Shown here in pieces: positions 8,102 through 16,214 of a DNA stretch of 40,708 bases. This stretch comes from an uncultured Candidatus Saccharibacteria bacterium. GTDB lineage: Bacteria; Patescibacteriota; Minisyncoccia; Phycocordibacterales; UBA918. Position numbers and translations under genes: made by a program. The notes below the pieces were generated by a model. That model searched no databases, had not been told where the DNA came from, and saw only the letters and a program-made list of their open reading frames with translations. The DNA is taken from positions 1-40,708 of the forward strand of contig CAYGTV010000006.1 of NCBI GenBank assembly GCA_964353135.1. The letters run 5' to 3'. The number at the start of each line of letters is the position of its first letter. Within the stretch, counting starts at the first letter, position 1.

Positions 8102-8347
8102 TTAACTCAGGACCATCAGTCCAAAGACAAGCAACCAGGCGTACCAGCGGCGCAACTCACCGCCTGATATAGCAACTGCCTCACGAAAATCGTGAATGAC
8201 CATCGCGTCTTCGATCTGCCCCACCGGAACCGGTTTAGGGTCAGGTGGGTTTGTCAGATACAGCAAGCGCTGTGAGACCTTGTAGGTTTCGATCAGCACA
8301 AGTGTGAGAAAAAACCAGTCAAATCCGTTGAACGATGGAATATCCAT
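8102..8347 (-). CDS. 2-TM small membrane protein, unknown family
   Basis: 81-aa ORF; GGAG 7 nt upstream of ATG; hydrophobic N- and C-terminal segments. Confidence 0.6.
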   Translation of the reverse strand: MDIPSFNGFDWFFLTLVLIETYKVSQRLLYLTNPPDPKPVPVGQIEDAMVIHDFREAVAISGGELRRWYAWLLVFGLMVLS

Positions 8348-8405
8348 GTGTATCTCCGTTCATTGTGAAAGAATTCGCGTCGTCATCTGGACGAACCAGG
8401 ACGCA

Positions 8406-8435
8406 AAAGAGCGTTTCCCAAGGGAAACGCTCTTT
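8406..8435 (-). terminator. 13-bp hairpin (attenuator/terminator) in the leader of the 8347 operon
   Basis: aaagagcgtttcc / ggaaacgctcttt with 4-nt loop; on the minus strand the 3' arm runs into TTTTG; ~60 nt upstream of the 8347 ATG. Confidence 0.5.
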
Positions 8436-8690
8436 GCAAAGCTCTTCTATTACCACACTAAATCTGACTAAAATGTGGCAAAGAAAAGCCTTGCAAGGAA
8501 CCCTTCCTTTGCATGTCAGATTTAGTTGGTTGTAAAAGTGCTTTTTGATGGCTCTTCGCTTCTCTTCCATCACAAGTACTATACTGGCTTTTCTATTTCT
8601 TGTGTAAATATATAGTTCAAAATGTACTGTTTATAACTATTCTTTCTAAATCGATATTGTAAAATAAGTTTGATTTATGTATCAAAAGTT

Positions 8691-8705
8691 GTACTATTGT
8701 AGTAC
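8691..8705. promoter_or_regulatory. palindrome GTACTAttgTAGTAC abutting the TrmB-like gene start (candidate operator)
   Basis: 6+6 inverted repeat 2 nt before ATG 8708; further GTACT copies at about 8576 and 8624. Confidence 0.35.
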
Positions 8706-8707
8706 AT

Positions 8708-9436
8708 ATGAAACTAAAAACCCGCCTAGAGGCACTAGGGCTCACCAAAGCCGAAGCAGCAGTATATGTGGACTTGCTCATCCATGGTATCCAGACCGTT
8801 TCAAGCATCGCCCGCACCAGCCAGCTACATCGCCCGGCGATTTATCGCGCCCTTCCCTCTCTCAAGCAAAAGGGACTGGTGACCGCACGCCAAGTTGGCA
8901 AGCTGGTCCACTACGCCGCCGAGCCACCCGAGCGGTTAAACAGTCTCGTACACACCTTTCAAAATGAACTTGACGAGTTGGTACCGACCCTCAACCAGAT
9001 CCAGCACAAAAGTACCCCCATCGTCCGCCGATTAAATGGTAAAGCTGGCGTGTATGCCGTGTATGAGGACATCGTAAACACTCTCAAAAAAGGTGAAGAG
9101 TTCTATCGCTATAACGCCGCCAGTCACGAGGACCTACTTAAAACCGGCTTACCTAAAAAATACGAACAACTCCGTGACGAAAAACAGCTCGAGCGACTGG
9201 TGATCTCGAACCCTGACTACATCAAATCACGTGAACCACGGCTCGAGGATTCGCTCGTGGTCGTGCCAGAAAATTTCTGGCCGTTTGACTACAATGTGTC
9301 CCAGATCATCTACGGCGACAAAATCGCCTTTATCGACTACACCCTCCCGATCGCTACCATCATCACCAACCCAACCTTGGCCAAATTCCAAAAAGATATT
9401 TTTATGATGCTGTATCGGCAGTTGAGGAATAAGTAG
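8708..9436 (+). CDS. TrmB-family HTH transcriptional regulator
   Basis: N-terminus LGLTKAEAAVYVDLLIHGIQTVSSIARTSQLHRPAIYRALPSLKQKGLV matches the TrmB winged-helix pattern. Confidence 0.75.
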   Translation: MKLKTRLEALGLTKAEAAVYVDLLIHGIQTVSSIARTSQLHRPAIYRALPSLKQKGLVTARQVGKLVHYAAEPPERLNSLVHTFQNELDELVPTLNQIQHKSTPIVRRLNGKAGVYAVYEDIVNTLKKGEEFYRYNAASHEDLLKTGLPKKYEQLRDEKQLERLVISNPDYIKSREPRLEDSLVVVPENFWPFDYNVSQIIYGDKIAFIDYTLPIATIITNPTLAKFQKDIFMMLYRQLRNK

Positions 9437-9499
9437 TAATTGACTTTTATTTAAATAAATGACTTAATAGCCAAAGAAAGCAGGACGAAAGGACACCCC

Positions 9500-9895
9500 A
9501 TGCTTCCACCACCCGGACCAGAACGTATCGAAGCTATTGCAGCTGAAATCGACAAGATGAGCGGCCGTTGGAAAACCATCAGCGAGTCACAATTTGAAGA
9601 CTACACTTCTTTGATGGCTACGCAGGCAGATGATCTTGCTATACAGCCAGTCTCATGTGCGATATCGATCTTAACCGCAACCAATCCTCCAGCAACTGTC
9701 GGCGAAACTGTCGAGATGCTCGAGGTGACTGTAATGTACTGTGGCTGTGGCATGGTTTTTGACAAAGAGGCCATTCTCAAAGGGATAATTTGGGCATGGT
9801 CTGGAGAATGCAACGGGCCGTCCATGGAGGCACCGCATATTGCCCAGAAGGTTCGTAGCCTCATTCCACTTTTGCGTGACCCAGCTTCCTACTGA
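9500..9895 (+). CDS. hypothetical protein (131 aa)
   Basis: ORF downstream of the TrmB-like gene on the same strand; no family recognised. Confidence 0.5.
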   Translation: MLPPPGPERIEAIAAEIDKMSGRWKTISESQFEDYTSLMATQADDLAIQPVSCAISILTATNPPATVGETVEMLEVTVMYCGCGMVFDKEAILKGIIWAWSGECNGPSMEAPHIAQKVRSLIPLLRDPASY

Positions 9896-9920
9896 TCATC
9901 AGACGAACGCCGCACCAACA

Positions 9921-9954
9921 AGAAACGCCACATCGTTTCAGGTGTGGCGTTTCT
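9921..9954 (+). terminator. rho-independent terminator
   Basis: agaaacgccac / gtggcgtttct 11-bp stem, 12-nt loop, then TATTAT. Confidence 0.6.
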
Positions 9955-10013
9955 TATTATCTAACTTTTATATACAGCTTCCTGCAGTAAATCAAAGCTA
10001 CTGCGCACCTTCT

Positions 10014-10310
10014 CTACCCCCCCATCTCTGTCGCTACTGCATTACTTCCATACTTAGTAGCAATGAGAGCCGCCAAGTCATTAAAGGCTTCAAAACCATT
10101 TTGCTCATACTGTAGCAACACAAAGTTAATAAACTCATTGAGCTGTTCATTCTCTGAATCTACAAAAGACATGTCAGCCACAGTAGCTCGCTGTCCTCGA
10201 CTAATTATTTCTTTATCAAACGCAATGAATCGAAGTAAGTCGTACACGTCAGAATCTTCAGCTTTGAAGGCTTCCCGGAGCGTCAGCAGTTTTTCCAACT
10301 GCAGCATCAC
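10014..10310 (-). CDS. stand-alone type I restriction HsdR C-terminal (EcoEI_R_C-like) domain protein; possible remnant
   Basis: AEDSDVYDLLRFIAFDKEIISRGQRA ... FINFVLLQYEQNGFEAF ... KYGS follows the EcoEI_R_C pattern; only 98 aa, no helicase or nuclease part. Confidence 0.6.
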   Translation of the reverse strand: MMLQLEKLLTLREAFKAEDSDVYDLLRFIAFDKEIISRGQRATVADMSFVDSENEQLNEFINFVLLQYEQNGFEAFNDLAALIATKYGSNAVATEMGG

Positions 10311-10401
10311 GTTTATTGGCGACTACGCCTGATACACTACACATTCGTGCTCTCCCGATAGTTTATGTTTCAAAATCCAGGGTACCTGCCCCAGACTTAT
10401 G

Positions 10402-10430
10402 AATATATGCTGACACGTATGAGCTGTCAA
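10402..10430 (-). promoter_or_regulatory. near-consensus sigma70-type promoter for 10310 gene
   Basis: Minus strand TTGACA-N17-TATATT (plus 10425-10430 / 10402-10407). Confidence 0.55.
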
Positions 10431-10436
10431 CTTTCG

Positions 10437-10694
10437 TTACCTAAAATGTACAAATACTCGGCCGTGGTTTTTGGCGTCTACTTCTACTCTTTTGTATAGC
10501 GGTTTGATGTCTTTTCGGACTAGAAACTTTTTCACCCGCTTCATCAGTTGACCAGTCCCCTTGCCAGGGATGATCTCGGCCGTTTTAATTCGCTTCTGCA
10601 CAGCAGTGGCAAATAATTCTTCCAACGCTTCGTCGATCGCGCTGCCATTTTTAGCAACCGCATGCAGATCAAGATGTGCAACTGACTTTGACAT
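10437..10694 (-). CDS. Smr (small MutS-related) domain protein
   Basis: LDLHAV...AEIIPGKGTGQLMKRVKKFL layout of the Smr domain (LDLHG / GKG motifs, G to A in the first). Confidence 0.7.
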   Translation of the reverse strand: MSKSVAHLDLHAVAKNGSAIDEALEELFATAVQKRIKTAEIIPGKGTGQLMKRVKKFLVRKDIKPLYKRVEVDAKNHGRVFVHFR

Positions 10695-10723
10695 ACATGT
10701 ACTATACCGTGCCGGGCAGACTC

Positions 10724-10993
10724 TTACTTCCCCCAGCCAAACGCGCCTGGTTTACTCCCATACTGGTCCCACCATTTCACGCCCGCATATAGTCCCAGCA
10801 GCAAACCAGCCAGCCACAATGCAGATCCTGCAACCGCGTGGATCAATTTCCACTGCGTCCACCAGACACTTTCGGCATGTGCCGGGTTACCAAAAATCAC
10901 ATCAAGCGCCACCAACTCAACCACAGCGTGGATGACAGTAGCCACAATCAACCCCAGAAATCCAAATAGAATTATGTATACAAGTTTTTTCAT
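10724..10993 (-). CDS. 2-TM small membrane protein
   Basis: 89-aa ORF with two hydrophobic helices; starts 22 nt after the DUF262-HNH stop. Confidence 0.6.
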   Translation of the reverse strand: MKKLVYIILFGFLGLIVATVIHAVVELVALDVIFGNPAHAESVWWTQWKLIHAVAGSALWLAGLLLGLYAGVKWWDQYGSKPGAFGWGK

Positions 10994-11015
10994 TTATTCA
11001 ACCAGTTCTTCAATA

Positions 11016-12179
11016 CTAGTGATTCCCCTTAGCGCGATTATGAGTCTTACATAGTAGCTGACAGTTACTTGCATCAGTAGTGCCACCCTTACTCCAAGCA
11101 GTAACATGATCGGCATCCATCTCTTTTAATAACCACACTTTACCTTTACTAGAATCATGACCAATTGCACACAGTGGACAATTTGACACACCATTAGACT
11201 TTGCCAGCTTTGTTTGAACTGAGTATATACTTTTTTTTGTGGCTTCATCAAAAACACGTACATTTAGCAACTTAGACTCCTTCATTCCACCCAAAACGTA
11301 CTCAAAAATACCTTTTCTATTTTTAACATACGGGTCTGAATATAATTTATGGACTTGCTCTGATACTTTTTTAGGGTTATAAGAATTTTTGTAATACTTA
11401 CTATATAACCGACCCCACTCGAGACCACACATTTCACTTTCAACATCAATAAACACACCAGATACCCAATCAATCACACTGTTAAAATAATTTTTAAGCT
11501 CAGTTATATTCGAATCATTACGATGAAAACTCATATAGCCATCAATATCTCCTTCACTAACCCAATCTATTGCACGCTCCAAAAAGTCTTGACGATTAAC
11601 ACTACCAGAAACATATGCACTCCATTTTTGAACATTTGCGTTTTGAGTATTACTAAATTCCTCTTTGGCTAAAGTTACAAATTGACCTGAATAAATGGCA
11701 TTTAGCAACTCTTGTGGTTTCAGTGGAACACCAGCAATATTTATAGTTTTAAACCAATCTTTTATTTCACTCTCAGTTCCTTCACATTCATATACAAGGA
11801 GTTTAGTCTTAAGGATGAGATCCTGCTTATCTTTAGGCAGTCCACTAAAATATTGCTGCATACCATCTGCATCTTTAATGGGAAGTTTTCCTGTAACAAA
11901 ACGCCCTATACTGGTAATGCGCTGCTGCCCGTCTAGAATTTCAAGATTGCCGTCTGTATTTTTATTAAAATATAGGAGGCCGATAGGATAGCCTTTCAAA
12001 ATTGACTCAATCACAGCAACGTCTCTTTTTCCGTCGGCGTAGATATAGTTCCTCTGATACTCTGGTTGAATCATCAATTTACCAGAAAGCCCAAATAGAC
12101 CTCTTGCCTCAAGTTCGTTATACACAAATCCGTCGCAAACATCTTCAATCGAAACCTCTGTTTGTAGTTCTGTTTTCAT
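11016..12179 (-). CDS. DUF262 (ParB/GmrSD-N-like) + C-terminal HNH endonuclease
   Basis: [10 protein letters not shown] and [10 protein letters not shown] (DGQQR) motifs at the N-terminus; CPLC...[12 protein letters not shown]...[17 protein letters not shown] finger at the C-terminus. Confidence 0.8.
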   Translation of the reverse strand: MKTELQTEVSIEDVCDGFVYNELEARGLFGLSGKLMIQPEYQRNYIYADGKRDVAVIESILKGYPIGLLYFNKNTDGNLEILDGQQRITSIGRFVTGKLPIKDADGMQQYFSGLPKDKQDLILKTKLLVYECEGTESEIKDWFKTINIAGVPLKPQELLNAIYSGQFVTLAKEEFSNTQNANVQKWSAYVSGSVNRQDFLERAIDWVSEGDIDGYMSFHRNDSNITELKNYFNSVIDWVSGVFIDVESEMCGLEWGRLYSKYYKNSYNPKKVSEQVHKLYSDPYVKNRKGIFEYVLGGMKESKLLNVRVFDEATKKSIYSVQTKLAKSNGVSNCPLCAIGHDSSKGKVWLLKEMDADHVTAWSKGGTTDASNCQLLCKTHNRAKGNH

Positions 12180-12186
12180 AAAAAAT

Positions 12187-13383
12187 CTATCTTTTATGCT
12201 TTATAAAAATTCTCATGTAAAGTGATGTGACTATCCTTTTTTTATTGTTCATATAATAGGTCTTTCCATCATTTTTTCCAAGTAGAATTGGAGCCTCATC
12301 AATCTTTCGTCCATTTGAACCCTCGACTGTATCGTCGCTTGTCATCTGCACATAGCTGTCGTATTTTTTTGTATCTGGCAAATCATCATGACAACCCCTT
12401 TGAGCCATACCAACTATTTCAAATTGATTAGGTGAGTGTTTACTGAGAAAACTTATTGGAACACCCATCACTCCATCATAGTCACTAGGAATATACTTCA
12501 CTTGAGGGACTTCAATTGCATCATAGTTATCATATTTTTGAAAAGGTTTTTTAAGACCAAATTTTACAACCTCGTCTTGTGTCATCAGCGGTATTGATTG
12601 ATATCTTTTACCATGATCTAGGTTAGTGAACCAAATTGTACCTGCAACAAAAGCATATTTTTTACCATCTTCTTGTTTGTGAAACTTTTCATAATGATCT
12701 GGCACTTGATACCAAACGTTCCGTCCGTCGTTTTTTCCTGCGCCCAACCACATCTTGTTATCCTTCAAAAGTGGAAAAATTTCTTTGTATGTAATGGCAT
12801 TCATATTGCCAATTATCAAGAACTTTTTATTGTGAGTAATGAGCTGTTTAACATAATCCCTAAATAAACTAAAAGGCGGATTGGTAACAACAATATCCGA
12901 TTCCTTGAGAAGCTCTATACACTCATCACTACGAAAATCACCATCTCCTTCAAGGGGGGTCCATTCATTATTCTTATTGGTTTTTAACTGTAGTGCTACA
13001 TCTTTTAAATTAAATTGACCATCACCATCAATATCTCCAACTTCATTAATCACAAATTTGTTCGCGTTGACTTTTGGTCGACCTTTTAGCTTCACCAAAC
13101 TTTTATCATCGCCAAACAAACCTATTTGGGTATTCGCTACAGGCGACGGTTTATAACTAGTTGTAATAAGTCGTTTTAACCCCAGTCTGTTGAAGTTCAA
13201 AACAAAATAACGAAAAAAATTACTTTCGTAGGGATCGTCTGCGTTGCAGTAAACGACTTTATTACTAAAGGATTTAGGGTCGTATTCCAAGTAAGATTCT
13301 ATTTCTTTTTGAATATCACCATACTGAGTATAGAATTCATCATTTTTCCCGCGTTTTGCCTCGGTGAGATGATTTTTGGCCAT
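12187..13383 (-). CDS. EcoRI-family N6-adenine DNA methyltransferase
   Basis: N-terminal NDEFYTQ, catalytic [13 protein letters not shown] (NPPF), [16 protein letters not shown]; stop lies 7 nt before the nuclease start. Confidence 0.8.
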   Translation of the reverse strand: MAKNHLTEAKRGKNDEFYTQYGDIQKEIESYLEYDPKSFSNKVVYCNADDPYESNFFRYFVLNFNRLGLKRLITTSYKPSPVANTQIGLFGDDKSLVKLKGRPKVNANKFVINEVGDIDGDGQFNLKDVALQLKTNKNNEWTPLEGDGDFRSDECIELLKESDIVVTNPPFSLFRDYVKQLITHNKKFLIIGNMNAITYKEIFPLLKDNKMWLGAGKNDGRNVWYQVPDHYEKFHKQEDGKKYAFVAGTIWFTNLDHGKRYQSIPLMTQDEVVKFGLKKPFQKYDNYDAIEVPQVKYIPSDYDGVMGVPISFLSKHSPNQFEIVGMAQRGCHDDLPDTKKYDSYVQMTSDDTVEGSNGRKIDEAPILLGKNDGKTYYMNNKKRIVTSLYMRIFIKHKR

Positions 13384-13537
13384 TTGATATATAGACTACC
13401 ACCTCCCCCCTCTTTCCTCAATCGGCCTTGGCTGTAGATGACTAGGTCACCCAAAACAATTTGCAGGATTGGGTTTTAGATGTAGAGTGTTTATAGACGA
13501 TAAAATAGCACGCAACCCCTAGGCGCAGGAGGGCCTC

Positions 13538-14158
13538 ATGAAACTTACACTATGTATCGCGTCTTTCTGCACACTGTTGTTGCAGACTGTACCAGCACAC
13601 GCACAAGACAGGAGTAGTGCACACATAATCATTGCCGCCGACCATAGCGTCAGCATGTATTTGAGCGGACATATGAGAATGCAAACCCGTAGCTTGATTA
13701 CAGCTATGGATAATTACATGGAAACCTGTAGGGATGTCAGGATGACATACCTCCCATGGGGTACAACCGTTGGTGATATGCATACCTTTATGCTTAATGA
13801 TCAGCAGGAACGGGCTGAATTCCAACTCCTGCTCGACAGCGACCAGAACACGCAAGCGTTTGGAGGTACAAAGCATTTGTATGGCCTACATGGTGCTTTG
13901 CACCTATTTGAGCTGTACGACTCTGATTTCAAACTGCTGGTATTTATCACCGATCAGAGCGGGCGCGGTGTGAATGAAATAATGCCAGCACAGGTTCAAC
14001 TTTACAAAATTGCTCTGGGCGACGGCCAGGTCAGAAGTTACATGAAAAACAGCTTTATGCCGGAGGCTGGGTATCCCTTCCATGCCCGTACGGATATAGA
14101 GCTGACCGAACTGCTCGATCACGCCCTGAAGATAACAGATGTGGGTTGTTTGGGTTGA
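13538..14158 (+). CDS. secreted vWA-like (DUF1194-like) protein
   Basis: Signal peptide ending AHA-QD; IIIAADHSVSM resembles a DxSxS MIDAS; overall order resembles DUF1194; by-eye call only. Confidence 0.45.
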   Translation: MKLTLCIASFCTLLLQTVPAHAQDRSSAHIIIAADHSVSMYLSGHMRMQTRSLITAMDNYMETCRDVRMTYLPWGTTVGDMHTFMLNDQQERAEFQLLLDSDQNTQAFGGTKHLYGLHGALHLFELYDSDFKLLVFITDQSGRGVNEIMPAQVQLYKIALGDGQVRSYMKNSFMPEAGYPFHARTDIELTELLDHALKITDVGCLG

Positions 14159-14163
14159 ACTCG

Positions 14164-14194
14164 GGGCCTCCAGCTTTTGCTGGGGGCTCTTTTT
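14164..14194 (+). terminator. rho-independent terminator
   Basis: ~10-bp stem around loop TTTT (ggcctccagc / gctgggggct with G-U pairs), followed by TTTTT. Confidence 0.55.
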
Positions 14195-14224
14195 CGTAAT
14201 ACAAGGTATACTCAAATTATAACT

Positions 14225-14869
14225 ATGAAAACTATGTTCTATGTAATTGGAGGAATCGTTGGACTACTAGTTGTATGGGCGTTGGGTTCATATCTAGCTG
14301 TACGAAATCTAGAAGAGCCAAGCTACACCGTAACTGAGAAAAAAGACGGGTACGAGCTGCGACAGTATGATCCATATATAGTAGCGGAAACAGTGGTGAG
14401 CGCTAGTGAATACAACCGCGACATCAGCAACGGCTTTCGAGCGGTGGCGGGATACATTTTTGGTGACAATACTACAAAAGAAAAAATTTCGATGACGACA
14501 CCAGTACTAGAGCAGCCTGGCGACCGAAGTGAGAAAATCGCGATGACCGTACCAGTGCTCGAGGGATCGTCCGACAGCGCTACCCGAACCGTGGCGTTTG
14601 TCCTACCGAGCAACTACACCCTCGATACCCTTCCCACCCCAAACAACGAGGCGGTGAAGCTACGCGCTGTGGACGGACGAAAAGTGGCTGCGCTACGATT
14701 TACCTGGTACGGGACACCAGCACGAGTGGCGAGCAAGAAAGCCTGGCTACTGGAGCAGCTGGAGCAAGATGGGTTCACCGTCGTAGGTGAACCCCAGGCC
14801 GCGTTTTACAACCCGCCACTGTCGATGCCGCTGGTGCTGCGAAATGAGATCTTGATCGAGGTGGAGTAA
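14225..14869 (+). CDS. SOUL heme-binding family protein with N-terminal TM anchor
   Basis: EEPSYTV...YELRQY...GFRAVAGYIFGDN...ISMTTPV...IAMTVPV...FYNPP motifs; ATG 14225 chosen because the tracked TTG 14177 lies inside the upstream terminator. Confidence 0.8.
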   Translation: MKTMFYVIGGIVGLLVVWALGSYLAVRNLEEPSYTVTEKKDGYELRQYDPYIVAETVVSASEYNRDISNGFRAVAGYIFGDNTTKEKISMTTPVLEQPGDRSEKIAMTVPVLEGSSDSATRTVAFVLPSNYTLDTLPTPNNEAVKLRAVDGRKVAALRFTWYGTPARVASKKAWLLEQLEQDGFTVVGEPQAAFYNPPLSMPLVLRNEILIEVE

Positions 14870-14884
14870 ATGGTGTTATTCACC

Positions 14885-14913
14885 TTGCAAAACAACGCTT
14901 CTCCTAGTATATT
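14885..14913 (+). promoter_or_regulatory. sigma70-type promoter candidate upstream of infC
   Basis: TTGCAA-N17-TATATT. Confidence 0.45.
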
Positions 14914-14992
14914 TTGAAACAGCAATACGCCGCTGCGGACTTTGGTCACTGACCTCGCAGACGCGTAACGTTATAAAATAAACCCCATTCAC

Positions 14993-15685
14993 TTGCCAGC
15001 ACCACAACGACGATTCAGCGGACCAGATACCCGAACCAAGATTAACAAGGCTATTCGTGCGCCGGAGCTGCGTGTGGTTGGACCTGATAACGAAAACCTG
15101 GGAACTCTTTCCCTGGCTGACGCGCTAAAAAAAGCTGACGAAATGAAGCTCGACCTGATCGAGATTTCACCAAAGGCAAAACCACCGGTAGCCAAAATCA
15201 CTGATTTTGGACAGTACCGGTACGATACCAAGCGAAAAGCTAGCGCCGCCAAAGCCAAAGCACACGTGACTGAAACCAAGAGTGTCCAGGTAAAAATCGG
15301 AACTGGTGAACACGACCAACTCCTCAAAGCCAAACGTGCCGCTGAGTGGCTCCAGGAGGGTCACCGAGTAAAAGTCGACTTGTTCCTGTGGGGGCGATAT
15401 AAATACATGGAGTCTGACTTCCTCAAGGAACGACTGGACCGGTTCCTCAAGATCATCCCAGCAGAATACAAACTGGCTGATCCGATGAAAAAGAGTCCAA
15501 AAGGCTGGACAGCGACCCTCGAACGACTCGGGAAAGCACCAAAAGCTGGCGATCGACCAAAAATCATCGAGGAAGTCGATGTGAAGAAGGCTGCTAAAAA
15601 AGCCGAGAAGCCAGCCAAAGATGCAAACAAATCAAAGAAAAAGTCACTGGATGACTTGCTCGATATCGAAGGAGGGTTGATATAA
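14993..15685 (+). CDS. infC: translation initiation factor IF-3 with Lys-rich C-terminal tail
   Basis: INKAIRAPELRVVGPDNENLG...DLIEISPKAKPPVAKITDFGQYRY...; no in-frame ATG; TTG 14993 or ATT 14987 possible. Confidence 0.85.
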   Translation: MPAPQRRFSGPDTRTKINKAIRAPELRVVGPDNENLGTLSLADALKKADEMKLDLIEISPKAKPPVAKITDFGQYRYDTKRKASAAKAKAHVTETKSVQVKIGTGEHDQLLKAKRAAEWLQEGHRVKVDLFLWGRYKYMESDFLKERLDRFLKIIPAEYKLADPMKKSPKGWTATLERLGKAPKAGDRPKIIEEVDVKKAAKKAEKPAKDANKSKKKSLDDLLDIEGGLI

Positions 15686-15692
15686 AGGATAA

Positions 15693-15725
15693 AGGGCTGC
15701 TTGATTAGGCAGCCCTTCCCTTTTT
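15693..15725. terminator. bidirectional terminator between infC and the antisense gene
   Basis: agggctgc / gcagccct stem, 8-nt loop, A-run before and T-run after. Confidence 0.6.
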
Positions 15726-15740
15726 ATGCACACATACCAA

Positions 15741-16112
15741 TTAAGATGTATACAGGATCCACTCTTGCAAGATAGCGAGAGCGCCATTTCTGATAGCTAG
15801 CATCATACGCACAGAACCAGTTGATCCGTCATTAGCGGTAAAAGATTCATCTACAAACGCCGTCTCGCCTGTCTTATCGATCTCGATTCGAAGGGTTTCA
15901 ACCTTTGGTGCGACATAATCTACTGCCGCATACTCAGCTTTTAGTCTTTCCTGAATTTTGTCTCGGCTAGATGCCCAGAGTTGTCCAGAAACCGATATTT
16001 TGGCACTGCGAGCATACAGATTTGCGACTGACGCCGCATCACACTGCCCCGCAGATTTGGTGTACTGTGCAAGCAAAGCTTGTATAGTTTCTTTCGTAAT
16101 TTGTGTAGACAC
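15741..16112 (-). CDS. NTF2-like (SnoaL/DUF4440-type) protein
   Basis: Length and pattern (QALLAQYTKSAGQCDAASVANLYA...) fit a SnoaL-like fold; GTG 16112 with AAGGAG 6 nt upstream preferred over ATG 16160. Confidence 0.5.
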   Translation of the reverse strand: MSTQITKETIQALLAQYTKSAGQCDAASVANLYARSAKISVSGQLWASSRDKIQERLKAEYAAVDYVAPKVETLRIEIDKTGETAFVDESFTANDGSTGSVRMMLAIRNGALAILQEWILYTS

Positions 16113-16185
16113 TTCCCACTCCTTTGTTGAACATTTGTCTCGAGTCAAAGAGTATAACATTGATGATAAAAGTCAAAGAAAATCC

Positions 16186-16214
16186 TTTACTTCTACAGCC
16201 AAATACGGTATATT
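16186..16214 (+). promoter_or_regulatory. promoter candidate for rpmI-rplT
   Basis: TTTACT-N17-TATATT, ~60 nt upstream of the rpmI ATG. Confidence 0.45.

Noticed and set aside
8319-8573. 84-aa minus-strand ORF upstream of the 81-aa membrane gene
   Set aside because: It spans a 13-bp terminator-like hairpin and several other helices, and it overlaps the next gene. It is better explained as a structured non-coding leader.
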